From Candidatus Aminicenantes bacterium (GTDB lineage Bacteria; Acidobacteriota; Aminicenantia; Aminicenantales; JAFGBC01): 64,000 nucleotides of DNA. The stretch lies in the NCBI GenBank assembly GCA_963702005.1, contig OY969696.1:3552001-3616000 (forward strand), read 5' to 3'. This document shows positions 48,442 through 59,043 of the stretch, piece by piece. A program made the position numbers and the translations under genes. Within the stretch, counting starts at the first letter, position 1; the number at the start of each line of letters is the position of its first letter. The notes under the pieces are model-generated. The model made no database searches. It was not told where the DNA came from and worked only from the letters and a program-made list of their open reading frames with translations.

Positions 48442-50256
48442 ATGCGAAAGAACTATCTCCGTATCTTCCTGCCGATGATCCTTCTTGTTCTGGCCTTCCT
48501 CGGGAGCTGTTCTCATAAGAAAGGCGCCGTAAAGACCGAGCCCAATTGGAAGCCGACTCAAGCCCAAAAAGCCGAGGACGCGGCCAAAAAACAAGCCCAG
48601 CCCGGCGCGCCCGCCGTCGAGCCTCGAACCCAGGCTCCGGCGATCGCGACGCCGCCCCCCGTCGCCGAGGAACCCGCTCCCCAAGCCAAGGAGTCCGAGG
48701 AGCCCGAGAAGGACGCCTCCGCGCTCCTCGAAGACGCCCTGAGCACCTTCCAGGACGCCCAGGCGGCTTGGGAGAGGGGCGAGTCCGACCAGGCCCTATC
48801 CCTCCTCGACGAAACTTACGGCCTCATTCTCAAGGCCAAGGTCCCGGCCGATTCTCCGCTCGTCCAGGACAAGAACGACCTCAGGCGGCTGGTCGCTCAA
48901 AAAATCCAGCAAATTTACGCCTCCAAGCCGGCCTCGGTCGGCGACAACCACCGGACGATTCCGCTCGACGAAAACAAGTACGTCCTTCAGGAGATTCAAT
49001 CCTTCCAGACACGGGAGCGGAAGCCGTTCGAGGACGCCTTTCGGGTGAGCGGCCTCTTCCGGCCCATGATCCTCGAGGAGCTCCGCAAGGAGGGCATGCC
49101 CGAGGAGCTCTCCTGGCTGCCCATGATCGAAAGCTGGTTCAAGATCCGGGCCCTGTCGCGGGCCCGGGCCCTCGGGCTGTGGCAGTTCATCCACTCGACC
49201 GGATACCGGTTCGGCCTCAAGCAGGACCGCTGGGTCGACGAGCGGATGGACCCGCTCAAAGCGACCCGGGCCGCCGTCAAGTACCTCGGCGAGCTCCATT
49301 CCTATTTCGGCGACTGGACGACGGCCCTGGCCGCCTATAACTGCGGCGAGATCCGCGTCCAAAGCGTCATCCGGGCCCAGCGGATCGACTACCTCGACAA
49401 CTTCTGGGACCTCTACCTCCAGCTGCCGCTCGAGACGGCCCGCTTCGTGCCGCGGTTGATCGCTTGCCTCCTCATCATCAACGACCCCGCCAAGTACGGG
49501 TTCAACCTTCCGCCGCCCGATCCGGCCCTCCGCTACGATACGGTCACCATCCGCCAGGCCGTCAAGCTCTCCTCCCTCGCCCAGGACCTGGGGCTCGAGC
49601 CGTCCACCCTCGCCTTCTACAATCCCGAGCTCCGCTTCGACGGTACGCCCGAGTACGATTACGACATCAAGGTCCCGCCCGGATACGGCGAAAAGGTCTC
49701 GGCCGCCGTCCGAGCGCTCCCCCGCTGGATCCCGCCCGAGGCGACCTTTTTCGTCCACTACGTCCGGAGCGGCGATACGGTGGGCTCGATCGCCCGAAAA
49801 TACCGGACGACGGTCGCGGCCATCGCCCGTCTCAACAACATGCGGCGGGTGGGCATGATCTGGCCCGGCCAACGCCTCAAGATTCCGGGCAGGGGCGTAC
49901 CGATCGAGGCCCCATCCGAAAGCGCCCCGGCGGCCAAACCCGGCGAGAAAACGACCTACGTTGTCCGAAGCGGGGACGCCCTCGACCAGCTGGCCCTCGT
50001 CTTCGCGACCACGGCCGGGCAAATCAAGGCCGACAACAGCCTCCAGGGCGACAGCCTGGCCGCCGGGCAGGCGCTCCTGATCGTCAATAACCGGAGCAAA
50101 GGGCCCCTCCGCCACACGGTCGTCGGAGGAGAAACCCTTTTCTCCATCTCGAAGCTCTACGGAATGGACCTCGACGAGTTTTTAAGCATCAACAAACTCA
50201 GCCCGGATTCCATCATCTACGCCGGCCAAGAACTCTGGGTCACGCCGACGAAGTAG
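48442..50256 (+). CDS. MltD-like lytic murein transglycosylase lipoprotein with three LysM domains
   Basis: Lipobox FLGSC, IES, GLWQF, ALAAYNCGE, ET..FVP, three LysM repeats. Confidence 0.88.
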   Translation: MRKNYLRIFLPMILLVLAFLGSCSHKKGAVKTEPNWKPTQAQKAEDAAKKQAQPGAPAVEPRTQAPAIATPPPVAEEPAPQAKESEEPEKDASALLEDALSTFQDAQAAWERGESDQALSLLDETYGLILKAKVPADSPLVQDKNDLRRLVAQKIQQIYASKPASVGDNHRTIPLDENKYVLQEIQSFQTRERKPFEDAFRVSGLFRPMILEELRKEGMPEELSWLPMIESWFKIRALSRARALGLWQFIHSTGYRFGLKQDRWVDERMDPLKATRAAVKYLGELHSYFGDWTTALAAYNCGEIRVQSVIRAQRIDYLDNFWDLYLQLPLETARFVPRLIACLLIINDPAKYGFNLPPPDPALRYDTVTIRQAVKLSSLAQDLGLEPSTLAFYNPELRFDGTPEYDYDIKVPPGYGEKVSAAVRALPRWIPPEATFFVHYVRSGDTVGSIARKYRTTVAAIARLNNMRRVGMIWPGQRLKIPGRGVPIEAPSESAPAAKPGEKTTYVVRSGDALDQLALVFATTAGQIKADNSLQGDSLAAGQALLIVNNRSKGPLRHTVVGGETLFSISKLYGMDLDEFLSINKLSPDSIIYAGQELWVTPTK

Positions 50257-50265
50257 GCGCCCCTC

Positions 50266-51783
50266 GTGGACGTTTATCTCATCAACGTCCGCTCCCCTCG
50301 GGCCGAGGCCGAGCAAACCTCGGCGGTCATGTTCCAGAAGGTCCTGGGCCGGCGCCTTTCGCCCTCCGAGCCTTTGGGTCTGGCCGTACTAGCGGCCTGC
50401 ACGCCGGCGGGGATTCATCTTCGCGCCGTGGACGAGAACGTCGCCGACGTGGACCTGGAAGCCAGGCCCGACCTAGTCGGCCTTTCCTTCCATACGCCCT
50501 GCGCGCCCCGAGCCTATGAGCTGGCGGCTCACTTCCGGTCGCGTTCGATCCCCGTCGTCATGGGCGGCCCCCATGTCTCGCTGCTCCCCGACGAAGCGCG
50601 GCTCCATGCCGACCACATCGTCACCGGCGAAGCCGAACGGGCTTGGCCGGCGTTCCTGAACGATTTTCGATCCGGACGGGCGAAGCCGTCCTATGCCGGA
50701 AGCCCGTGTCCCGGTGAATCCATGCCGTTGGCCCGCTGGGACATTTATCCGCGGGACGCCTACCTCGCCCGCACGCTCCAAGCCAGCCGCGGCTGTCCCA
50801 ACAACTGCGACTTCTGCGCCAACATCAGGTTGAGCGACCGCCGGCTCCGCCTCCGCCCTCCGGACAATGTCATCCGCGAGATGTCGACGCGGCTGGAAAG
50901 TCCAGGCCGCAGGATTTTCTTCATCGTCGACAACGATCTCTTCGCCGACACCGACTGGAGTATGGCTCTGGTCGATCGGATCAAGGACCTCGGGGTCGAC
51001 TGGTGGGGATTCGCCTCGGTCAAGGCGGGCTCCCATCCGGAGCTGCTCAAGCGCATGGCCCAAAGCGGCTGCCGCTATCTCATCGTGGGCTTCGAGTCCC
51101 TGAGCGAGGACAGCCTCAAGGCCGTCCACAAGCCCGGCAACCTTCCCGACCTCTACACCCGTACAGTCCGGACCATCCAAGACCGGGGGATCGCGGTCCA
51201 TGCCTCGTTCGTCCTCGGCCTGGACGGGGACGGGCCCGATATTTTCGAACGGACGGCCCGCTTCGCGGAAAGCCAGGGCATCCTCATCGCCAACATCAAC
51301 GTCGCGACGCCCTACCCGGGGACGGAACTCCACCGGCGGCTGGACCGGCAGGGCCGCCTCCTCCATCGCAACTGGGAACTCTATGACCGGACCCACGTCT
51401 GCTTCAAGCCGGCCAAGATGTCGGTCGAGGAGCTGGCCGAAGGCTACCGGGCGCTCTCGATCGCCATCAACGGCCGGTCTCCATCCTGGAGGCGGCTCCG
51501 CTCCTTCCTGGCCTCCGCGCCGGCCGATCCGCCGATCCGTTCTATGACGGCATCGGGCGGGCCGAAGCTCAAAACGCTCCGCCGCGTCCCGCGCTTCCTC
51601 CGCCGCACGAGTCCGGCCGATTGGGCCTTCTATATCCGGCTGCTGACCGCTCGGCGCCTCGGACCGCCGTCAAGACGCCTCTTCTACGCCACGGCCGGAT
51701 ATTTGATGAAGAGGGATTTCGTCCGGTATCTCAAAGGACGAACTGAGCCCGGCGGGTCAAGACCGAATACCCCGCAGGGCTAA
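50266..51783 (+). CDS. Cobalamin-binding-domain radical SAM protein
   Basis: PLGL, VVMGGPH, GEAE, SRGCPNNCDFC, GFES, TPYPGT. Confidence 0.85.
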   Translation: MDVYLINVRSPRAEAEQTSAVMFQKVLGRRLSPSEPLGLAVLAACTPAGIHLRAVDENVADVDLEARPDLVGLSFHTPCAPRAYELAAHFRSRSIPVVMGGPHVSLLPDEARLHADHIVTGEAERAWPAFLNDFRSGRAKPSYAGSPCPGESMPLARWDIYPRDAYLARTLQASRGCPNNCDFCANIRLSDRRLRLRPPDNVIREMSTRLESPGRRIFFIVDNDLFADTDWSMALVDRIKDLGVDWWGFASVKAGSHPELLKRMAQSGCRYLIVGFESLSEDSLKAVHKPGNLPDLYTRTVRTIQDRGIAVHASFVLGLDGDGPDIFERTARFAESQGILIANINVATPYPGTELHRRLDRQGRLLHRNWELYDRTHVCFKPAKMSVEELAEGYRALSIAINGRSPSWRRLRSFLASAPADPPIRSMTASGGPKLKTLRRVPRFLRRTSPADWAFYIRLLTARRLGPPSRRLFYATAGYLMKRDFVRYLKGRTEPGGSRPNTPQG

Positions 51784-53870
51784 AGACATCCACCCTCAGG
51801 CCGTCGCAGCCTGCCGGTCGACCACCGCCTTCGAAAGCCATCCGGACTTCGTCCCCGGGCGCAAGATCGGGCAAGGCTTGCAGTTTCTGGACGAGCGGGA
51901 TCTTTCCCCTCCCCGACCACAGCCAGCGAAGTGAGTAGCCGGACAACTTATGGGCGGGGGCGGTGCCTCGGGTTTTGACGACCACGAGCGCCCCGCCTCC
52001 GGCTTCTTCGATCCTCATCTCCTCGATCGGGCTGGATTCCGCACGGAGGACCTCGAAAGAAGGCTTCCGGTTGCCGAAGAGGTCCACGACGCCGTGAACC
52101 CGCTGCTTAAGGATGCCGAGGCCTTTATCGCCGATGTGGGTTCGGTAGTCGTTATAGCAGAAGAAAATGAAGCCTCCCACCCAGGGATAATCGCGGAAAA
52201 CGCCGTTGTGTTCGCGGAGGATCCTGATCCGCGGCTCGTCGCCCTCGGGCCGGTCCTCGGTGCAGGCGCAGAAGCCGTACTCGCTGATTACGACCGGCTT
52301 CTCGGGAAACGCGCGGTGGATGGCCTCGAGACTTCGTCTCATGTCGGCGGCCGTCCCCCCGTACCACGTTTCGTAGTACTCGTTCCACTCGATGAAATCC
52401 ATATCGCCGGCGACGTCCCGTTCCGGCGTATAGTGGAGGGAATTCGAAGCATAGGAACAAAGACGGTCGGGATCGAGCCGCTTGGCCTCGTGGAGCATCG
52501 CGCGGACGAATTCTTGGGCGGCCGGATTCTGCCCGCCGACTTCGTTGCAGAGCCCCCAGGAGAATACGGAGGGGATGGTTCCGGTCCTGCCCGATCATCT
52601 CCCGGAGCTGCTCGAGCCCGTTCTCCATGATCGCGGCCGAGGGCTTTCCCTCCATGCCTTTGAAAGTGTCGGACCCCCAGGTCGGAACCTCGACCTGGAT
52701 CAGGATCCCCTTCCGGTCGCATTCGTCGAGGACGCGCCGGTCCTGCTGCCAGTGGACGCGGGTGAAGACGCAGTTCAGCTCCTTGAGGTCGCCATGATCG
52801 TGGGCGATCCAGGAGGAGGGCTCGGCCATGCCGTAAGCCGGGTGGCTCCCGGCCATCCGCTCGACGCCGGCCAGCCGGACCGGCTCGCCGTTAAGGAGGA
52901 ATTCCGTGCCGCGGACTTGGATCCGGCGGATGCCGAAGGTCGAGGATAGCCGGTCGCCACCTTTCCCTTTCGAGGTGATCCAGGCCTCGAGGACATAGAG
53001 GTGGGGATGGTCGAAATGCCAGAGCCTGGGCCGGTCGAGGACCGCCTCTGGAAGGCCAACCTCCCGGACGGCTCCGGCCGGGACGGACTCTCCGCGGGCG
53101 GATGGGTTTTCCAGGACGGTCCGCCCCGAAGACTCCTCGAGGACGCGGACGCCGATCTCGACCTTGGAGTTCTTCGGCGAGGCGTTCCGGATGACGGCCG
53201 TGATCCTTAGGGAGGCCGTGTTCCTTTCGAGGTCGGGTTGAGCCTCGACCCATAGGTTCTCCAAATAAACCGCGGGCGTCAGGATGAGGCTGACCGGCCT
53301 GGTGATGCCGCCGTCCGGGGTCCAGTCGTAGGAGTTGCTCCGGGGCAGCAGGCCCGGCGAGAAAGCGTTGTCGACGCGGACGGCGATCGTGTTCGGCTTG
53401 CCGAGTTCGAGCAGGGACGTGATGTCAAGAGCGAAGGCCGTGTATCCCTTGCCGATGTGCTCCCCGGCTTTCCTGCCGTTGACCCAGACCTGGGCCGTGT
53501 GGAAGACGGCTTCGAATTCGATCCGGACGACCAAGCCGGCCCAAGACGGAGGCGCGTCAAATTCCTTGCGGTACCAGGCCCTTCCCAGATAGTCGGCCGT
53601 CCGCTCCGAGATCTGCCAGGTGTGCGGGACTTCGACATCCTCCCATCCCTTGCCGGGAACGCCCGCTCCATGCCAGCCCCACTTCTCCCCCTGATCCTCG
53701 CGATCAATCCGGAAATGCCATGTCCCCGACAAAGAGATGGTCCGGCGGAGGCCGCTTCCATCTTGCCCGCTCTGCAATCCCGACGAACAGGAAGCGCTCA
53801 GCACGGCCGTTCCGGCCGCGGCGGCCTTTACGCTTCCCTCCAGAAATTCCCGGCGCGTCCAACGTCCCAT
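51731..53870 (-). pseudogene. Tat-exported GH2 beta-galactosidase/glucuronidase with a single frameshift at about 52571-52574
   Basis: RREFL Tat signal; GH2 domains; removing one G from the G4 run restores RNHPSVFSWGLCNE and joins to the ISEYG nucleophile segment. Confidence 0.8.
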
Positions 53871-53992
53871 GGCGACTCTTCTTGAGGGACAGTATGTCCG
53901 CTACGGTCTCAAAAATCAATCTGGCTTAGAGAAAAATCAATATGCCGCTTGACGCGCTTTTATCCGAACCCGCGGTGTGAGATAATACAAGC

Positions 53993-54172
53993 ATGAAGCG
54001 AATGCCCAAGGCCGTGAAAATATTTAAAAGCTTTAAGGAACAGGAGGCTTGGGACATCCAGTATTATATCAACCTGAGTCCCGAAGAGCGTCAGCGTATC
54101 GCCCGAGAGCTCCGCGAAAGATTTTATGGGACAAATCCTTCGCGAATCCGGGAGGTTCACGACGCCAAATGA
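53993..54172 (+). CDS. Small 59-aa protein (MKRMPKAVKIF...LSPEERQRIARELR...), translationally coupled to the nucleotidyltransferase
   Basis: Read manually; ATGA overlap with the next gene. Confidence 0.65.
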   Translation: MKRMPKAVKIFKSFKEQEAWDIQYYINLSPEERQRIARELRERFYGTNPSRIREVHDAK

Positions 54173-54666
54173 CCCTAACCTATTTTTCGCAGGATATCCA
54201 GGACCTCCTCTCTCTCCTCTTCAAGCACAAGGTCCGTTATCTCATCGTCGGGGCGGAAGCTGTGATCTATCACGGCTTCGCCAGGCTCACCGGCGATATC
54301 GACATCTTTTTCGAATCCTCTCCGAAAAATTGCCGGACCATGTTTTCCGCTCTCCGGGAATTTTGGGCCGGTCCGGTGCCGGGGATAGGATCTCCCGCCG
54401 AGCTCGCGACCAAGGGGACGATCATCCAATTCGGCTATCCGCCGAACCGCATCGACTTGATCAATACGATTTCCGGTGTCGATTTTCCCGAAGCCTGGAA
54501 GGACAGGTCTTCCCAGAGCTTACTCGTCCGGAAGCAACACGTCACCGTGCACTACATCGGCCTCTCCGCCCTGATCAAGAACAAGGAAGCCTGTGGGCGG
54601 CCCAAGGACCTGGAGGATCTTAAGTATCTCCGGGAAGCGGCAAAAAAGGCCGGCCACAAAACGTAA
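54169..54666 (+). CDS. Nucleotidyltransferase (DUF6036-like)
   Basis: YLIVGAEAV..HG..R.T.DID and NK...GR.KD..D motifs. Confidence 0.75.
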   Translation: MTLTYFSQDIQDLLSLLFKHKVRYLIVGAEAVIYHGFARLTGDIDIFFESSPKNCRTMFSALREFWAGPVPGIGSPAELATKGTIIQFGYPPNRIDLINTISGVDFPEAWKDRSSQSLLVRKQHVTVHYIGLSALIKNKEACGRPKDLEDLKYLREAAKKAGHKT

Positions 54667-54697
54667 AAAAAGCCCGCCGCATCGGCGAAGAGGTCTT

Positions 54698-54900
54698 TGT
54701 CTGGCCCTTGCCGTCCGTCTTCGTCTTCAGCAGGCTGTCGAAATAATAGGTATAGCTCGAGGTCGCGCCCGAGGGATGGTGAACGGTCGTGAGTCGTTTG
54801 AGATTGTCGTACTCGTAGCTCGTGGAGTTGAGGTTCGCGTCCAAGACCTGGATGAGCTTCCCCTTGTCGTAGTCGAACTGGGACACCTTGCCCTCGGCAT
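54698..54900 (-). pseudogene. RHS/YD-repeat fragment
   Basis: YDKGKLIQVLDANLNSTSYEYD...KTDGKGQT, near-identical to segments around 56040-56250 and 58887-59041. Confidence 0.8.
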
Positions 54901-54987
54901 TAACTGGATATGATTTTCAATTTTGCACTTTCAACCTGACGATGGTAATATATTAAGGGATTTTAAAAATCCTGGAGAGGCAATCCC

Positions 54988-55212
54988 ATGAAAGACCTCA
55001 AGATAGTGGTGGAAAAGCATCCTGATGGGTATGTAGCCTATCCCCTTGGCCTAAAGGGCGTAATCATCGGACAGGGCGAAACCTACGAATCTGCGCTGGC
55101 TGACGTGAAGTCCGCGATCCAGTTCCATCTAGAGAGCTTTGGCCCTGAGGCGCTGGAGATAGATCCCTCGATTCTGGAAGTCTTCATTGCGGAGACCCAA
55201 GTAAGGGGATGA
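54988..55212 (+). CDS. hicB: HicB-family antitoxin (short form)
   Basis: GYVA..PLGL.G...QGETYESAL..VKSAI. Confidence 0.8.
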   Translation: MKDLKIVVEKHPDGYVAYPLGLKGVIIGQGETYESALADVKSAIQFHLESFGPEALEIDPSILEVFIAETQVRG

Positions 55213-55448
55213 TGCCCAAATTTCCTATTGATGCGCCAATCCGAAGAGTCTTAAGAGCCCTGGAACGTCTGGGTTTTAAAATTGTGCGGCAAGGCAACCA
55301 TGTCTCGATGCTTCGCCAGAACCCTGACGGCACCACAACACCCCTGACGATTCCCGGCCACTCAATAATCAAGAAATCGACCTTGCGCACTATCCTGACT
55401 CAATCTGGGATTTCAAAAGAAGCCTTCATGGAAGCGTATAAGGAGTGA
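55209..55448 (+). CDS. hicA: HicA-family mRNA interferase toxin
   Basis: ALERLGF...RQGNH...TIP.H......TL..IL.Q.G. Confidence 0.82.
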   Translation: MMPKFPIDAPIRRVLRALERLGFKIVRQGNHVSMLRQNPDGTTTPLTIPGHSIIKKSTLRTILTQSGISKEAFMEAYKE

Positions 55449-55476
55449 TGTAAGAGACATCAAGAAGGATGACAGG

Positions 55477-55646
55477 GCCATCCTGGACCGGATCCTTCAT
55501 CACGCGACCACGATCAACATCAAGGGCAATTCCTACCGTAGAAAACTAACATGGGAGGGGGGAAATTTCAAAGCCCGAAGAGGGGGGGATTATTCCACTC
55601 CCGTTGACATCTCAGGGGGTGGTACACTTTTGGACGCCCATTGACA
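55477..55646 (+). mobile_element. IS21-family remnant (istB 3' end plus two right-end-like sequences)
   Basis: AILDRILHHATTINIKGNSYR is typical of the IstB C-terminus; followed by G-rich repeats ending TTGACA at 55609 and 55646. Confidence 0.7.
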
Positions 55647-56350
55647 GTCGTCGTAGCTCAAGTTCTCGCTTGCGCTATTGGGATAGACAACCTGCGGCTT
55701 CTGCCCGGTCAGAAGATAATAATAGGTCAAGGGATTATCTCCGGACCGCGTGATCGTCCTGACCTAGCCGTCGTCGTAATAGGCGAAGGCCACGCTGGGA
55801 TCGGAGTTGACCTGATAAGTCTGGAGTTGATCTCCTGCCGTATATCCATAGGCAATCGTCCCCCGCGGGTTCACGATCGAGCTCAGCCGGCAGGAAGAAT
55901 CATAATTAAAGGTCGTCGTCTCGCTCACAACCTGGTCCTGGACGTTACCCAGATTCTCGCCGGAGAATGTATAAATTACTTTCTGCCCGTTCGGATACTG
56001 TTTCTCCTTGAGCCTCTTCAGCTTGTCATAGATAAAGGTCGTCGTCTGGCCTTTTCCGTCCGTCTTCGTCTTCAGCAGGCCGTCGAAATAATAGGTATAG
56101 CTCGAGGTCGCGCCCGAGGGATGATGGACGGTTACCAGACTATGAAGGTTGTCGTATTCGTAGGTCGTGGAGTTGAGGTTCGCGTCCAGCACCTAGATGA
56201 GCTTCCCTTTGTCGTAGAGGAACTGGGACACCTTGCCCTCGGCATCCACTACCCGGACCAACTGATCGAACTCGTCATAGTAGTACTTGGTCGACCGGCC
56301 GTTCGGATCTTCCTGGATCGTATAGACGAGCTTCTTCCCGCCCGTTTCCA
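55647..56350 (-). pseudogene. Degraded RHS core fragment
   Basis: YD repeats with nonsense TAG at 56193-56195 and 55764-55766, where sister copies have CAG and TCG. Confidence 0.8.
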
Positions 56351-56411
56351 ATAAATATTGGAATATCTTCAAAAAACCGGCCAAGCAGAGCTATAGGTTA
56401 TGATATTCCTG

Positions 56412-57161
56412 CTAATCCTGGACTCCTGCCTTTTCGAACTTGGCACCTACGAAATAATGGCCTTGATCAAATAGCAGCCATGCGTCAAAAGTGTCATGAT
56501 CATTATCGGGAGATGCACTATCGCATTCATATGCCACTTTGAATCCGTTCTGCCAAGCCCTACAATTCCATGGGACGCCAAGGATATCCTGCACCTTCAG
56601 CCATTCTATCCTATCCTCTAAAGCGAGAACTTGCTTTCGAGAAACACGCTTCGACCACCCCCGTTTTTTCCTGATCACGCCTCTCCAGGTTTGGTTATCG
56701 CCAAATATAAAATCCATCACGCGCTGATGCTTGAAGTTGGTGTCGACCAGCGCCGAGAAGTTCCAGGTCTGCCATATCGGATCATCAACCATGAAACTCA
56801 CCATCAATAGATCACCGTTTTTTGCGATGGAGGTTGGGCTTTCCTTGATTATAGCGATTCGATATGGCCATCCTTGGCATTCACCTTCTTTTTCCGCAAT
56901 GGTCGCTTTAACGCTGGGGCTTAGTAAACCTAGTAGCCCAATTTCAAACTCCAAGAAAGCTCCGGACAACGTATCATGATAAGCACCCATGATCGTGTCC
57001 ACCCATTGGGTTTCAATATATACCCAACCAGGAGGAAGCATCTTGCTTTCTTTCCGCACTATTTCTGGCCTCATATCTATTCCTAGGGCAAACTCCCATC
57101 CCACGATAACAGCTAATAACATTACCGACAACAATATAAGCACTAGCGTTTTCATTTGCAT
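56412..57161 (-). CDS. Putative immunity protein (N-terminal signal/anchor) for the upstream RHS toxin
   Basis: Lower GC, overlaps the toxin stop, hydrophobic N-terminus. Confidence 0.6.
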   Translation of the reverse strand: MQMKTLVLILLSVMLLAVIVGWEFALGIDMRPEIVRKESKMLPPGWVYIETQWVDTIMGAYHDTLSGAFLEFEIGLLGLLSPSVKATIAEKEGECQGWPYRIAIIKESPTSIAKNGDLLMVSFMVDDPIWQTWNFSALVDTNFKHQRVMDFIFGDNQTWRGVIRKKRGWSKRVSRKQVLALEDRIEWLKVQDILGVPWNCRAWQNGFKVAYECDSASPDNDHDTFDAWLLFDQGHYFVGAKFEKAGVQD

Positions 57162-59041
57162 GGTACCGTTTGCGCGCGTTCTCTTATCTTCTCTTCTGAA
57201 TCGCCGGGGCCATATCTCGTGTCCGGGCCTCCTGGTCTACAGGTATGAAGCATCTCATGGGCGATGATACGCATTGGACAAGGATCTTGACCTGGAGGAG
57301 GGAAGTTGCTCGGACAGAGAACGATGCTATCAGATCGTGGCGCGTATCCCAAAAGACCTCCGATTTTACCACACGGCCATGAATTGCATGTAATCCTCGG
57401 ACCCCCTTCCTTGCATCTCTTTTCCACGCATTGCCTCGTGAAAGCATCGGTAATCTTAGATGATATATTGCATAGGTTTGCGTATTCCGTGAATACCCAA
57501 TGTGGGCATTTTTTCCCGCAATTTGGTAGCTGAGTCTGTTGCGCCTGAAAGCCATCCGAATCCACATAATTTACTGGGTTTAATAATCCATAGCTATACC
57601 GATTGAGCCCATTCAGAAGTTCCATAGAATCCTTACTCAAAAACCTCCCTAATCCCGGATTCATATACCTCGCCCTGTAGAAATAGAGCCCCTCCTCCGC
57701 GAATTCCCGCCCCGTATACGCGTAACTATTGGCAACGGTCGTGCTTGAAGCGCGCAATTCCCCCCACGCACCGTATGAATAGCTGTTTTGAACGGTCCCC
57801 GTCGCGTCCGTCATCTCTCGGATACTCCCCAATCCATCCCCAAAATAATAGCTCTTCGCCCCGCTCCTGTCCAGATACACGGGATCGTCGATCCCGATTC
57901 CATGAAGATAATTGGTGACCGTTCCCCCCGATGTCTCTTTTATCATATCTTCTGCTTGGTACAAATACCCCGTTTCCACTCCGCCCACCGTCTTCTTTAT
58001 CCTCTCCCCCTGATAATCATAGGCATAGGAGGCGCTCACGGACCCTCCGCTGATCCCGGTCATCCTGTCGTCGTAGTCCCACGTATAGTTAGTCGAGCCT
58101 TTGGTTAATAAATTGCCGTTATTATCCCAAGTGTAAGAATTTGTTCCGTCCGAGGCTAAGAGCTGCGAATTTCGGCTCTGCGAATTCTGATAATAGGTGT
58201 AGTTGGTGACAATCGGACCCTGGCCGGCCGGCGTCACCGTCTGTTGCACGCGGTTCCCAATATCGTCGTAGCTCCACTGGTGCATGTCGCCGTTCCCATA
58301 GTCCACCCGCGTCAATTGATAGAGGTTGTCGAAATAATACTTCTCCTGCTGAGCCAGCTGATCCGTCATGCTGGTCCTATAGCCCTTCATGGAATAGGAG
58401 CCCGTCGCCTGGTTGTAGTCGTAGCCATAGGAATAAGACGAGAGCACGTTCGAATCCGGCTTCCTATTGATGATGCCCGTCAGCCTCCCCTGATCATCAT
58501 AACTGAGGTTTACACTGGAATTATTCGGATAGACAACCTGCGACTTCTGGCCGGTCAGAAGATAATAATAGGTCAAAGGATTATCGCCCGACCGCGTGAT
58601 CGTCTTGACCGAACCGTCGTCGTAATAGGCGAAGGCCACGCTGGGGTCGGAGTTGACCTGATAAGTCTGGAGTTGATCTCCTGCCGTATATCCATAGGCA
58701 ATCGTCCCCCGCGGATTCGAGAGCGAACTTAACCTATAGGATGAATCGTAGCTGAAATTCGTCGTCTCGCTCACGATCTGGTCCTGGACGCTTCCCAGGT
58801 TCTCGCCGGAAAAGGCATAAATGATCTTCTGCCCGCTCGGATACTGCTTCTCCTTGAGCCTCGTCAGCTTGTCATAGACAAAGGTCGTCGTCTGGCCCTT
58901 CCCGTCCGTCTTCGTCTTCAGCAGGCTGTCGAAATAATAGGTATAGCTCGAGGTCGCGCCCGAGGGATGATGGACGGTCGTAAGTCTTTTGAGCTTGTCG
59001 TACTCGTAGCTCGTGGAGTTGAGGTTCGCGTCCAGAACCTG
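57152..59041 (-). CDS. Orphan RHS module (N-truncated) with Cys-rich HEXXH metallopeptidase-like C-terminal toxin
   Basis: YD repeats, YTGRE...LYFYRARY...GRF.S.D core, PVNYVDSDG cleavage-like motif, then IIAHEMLH; frame open to 59041 with no proper start. Confidence 0.8.
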   Translation of the reverse strand, partial: QVLDANLNSTSYEYDKLKRLTTVHHPSGATSSYTYYFDSLLKTKTDGKGQTTTFVYDKLTRLKEKQYPSGQKIIYAFSGENLGSVQDQIVSETTNFSYDSSYRLSSLSNPRGTIAYGYTAGDQLQTYQVNSDPSVAFAYYDDGSVKTITRSGDNPLTYYYLLTGQKSQVVYPNNSSVNLSYDDQGRLTGIINRKPDSNVLSSYSYGYDYNQATGSYSMKGYRTSMTDQLAQQEKYYFDNLYQLTRVDYGNGDMHQWSYDDIGNRVQQTVTPAGQGPIVTNYTYYQNSQSRNSQLLASDGTNSYTWDNNGNLLTKGSTNYTWDYDDRMTGISGGSVSASYAYDYQGERIKKTVGGVETGYLYQAEDMIKETSGGTVTNYLHGIGIDDPVYLDRSGAKSYYFGDGLGSIREMTDATGTVQNSYSYGAWGELRASSTTVANSYAYTGREFAEEGLYFYRARYMNPGLGRFLSKDSMELLNGLNRYSYGLLNPVNYVDSDGFQAQQTQLPNCGKKCPHWVFTEYANLCNISSKITDAFTRQCVEKRCKEGGPRITCNSWPCGKIGGLLGYAPRSDSIVLCPSNFPPPGQDPCPMRIIAHEMLHTCRPGGPDTRYGPGDSEEKIRERAQTVPCK

Positions 59042-59043
59042 TT

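Noticed and set aside
55764-56195. Two in-frame TAG codons in an RHS fragment (amber/pyrrolysine recoding)
   Set aside because: Sister copies have CAG and TCG at these positions and the fragment is truncated by IS scars; ordinary decay.
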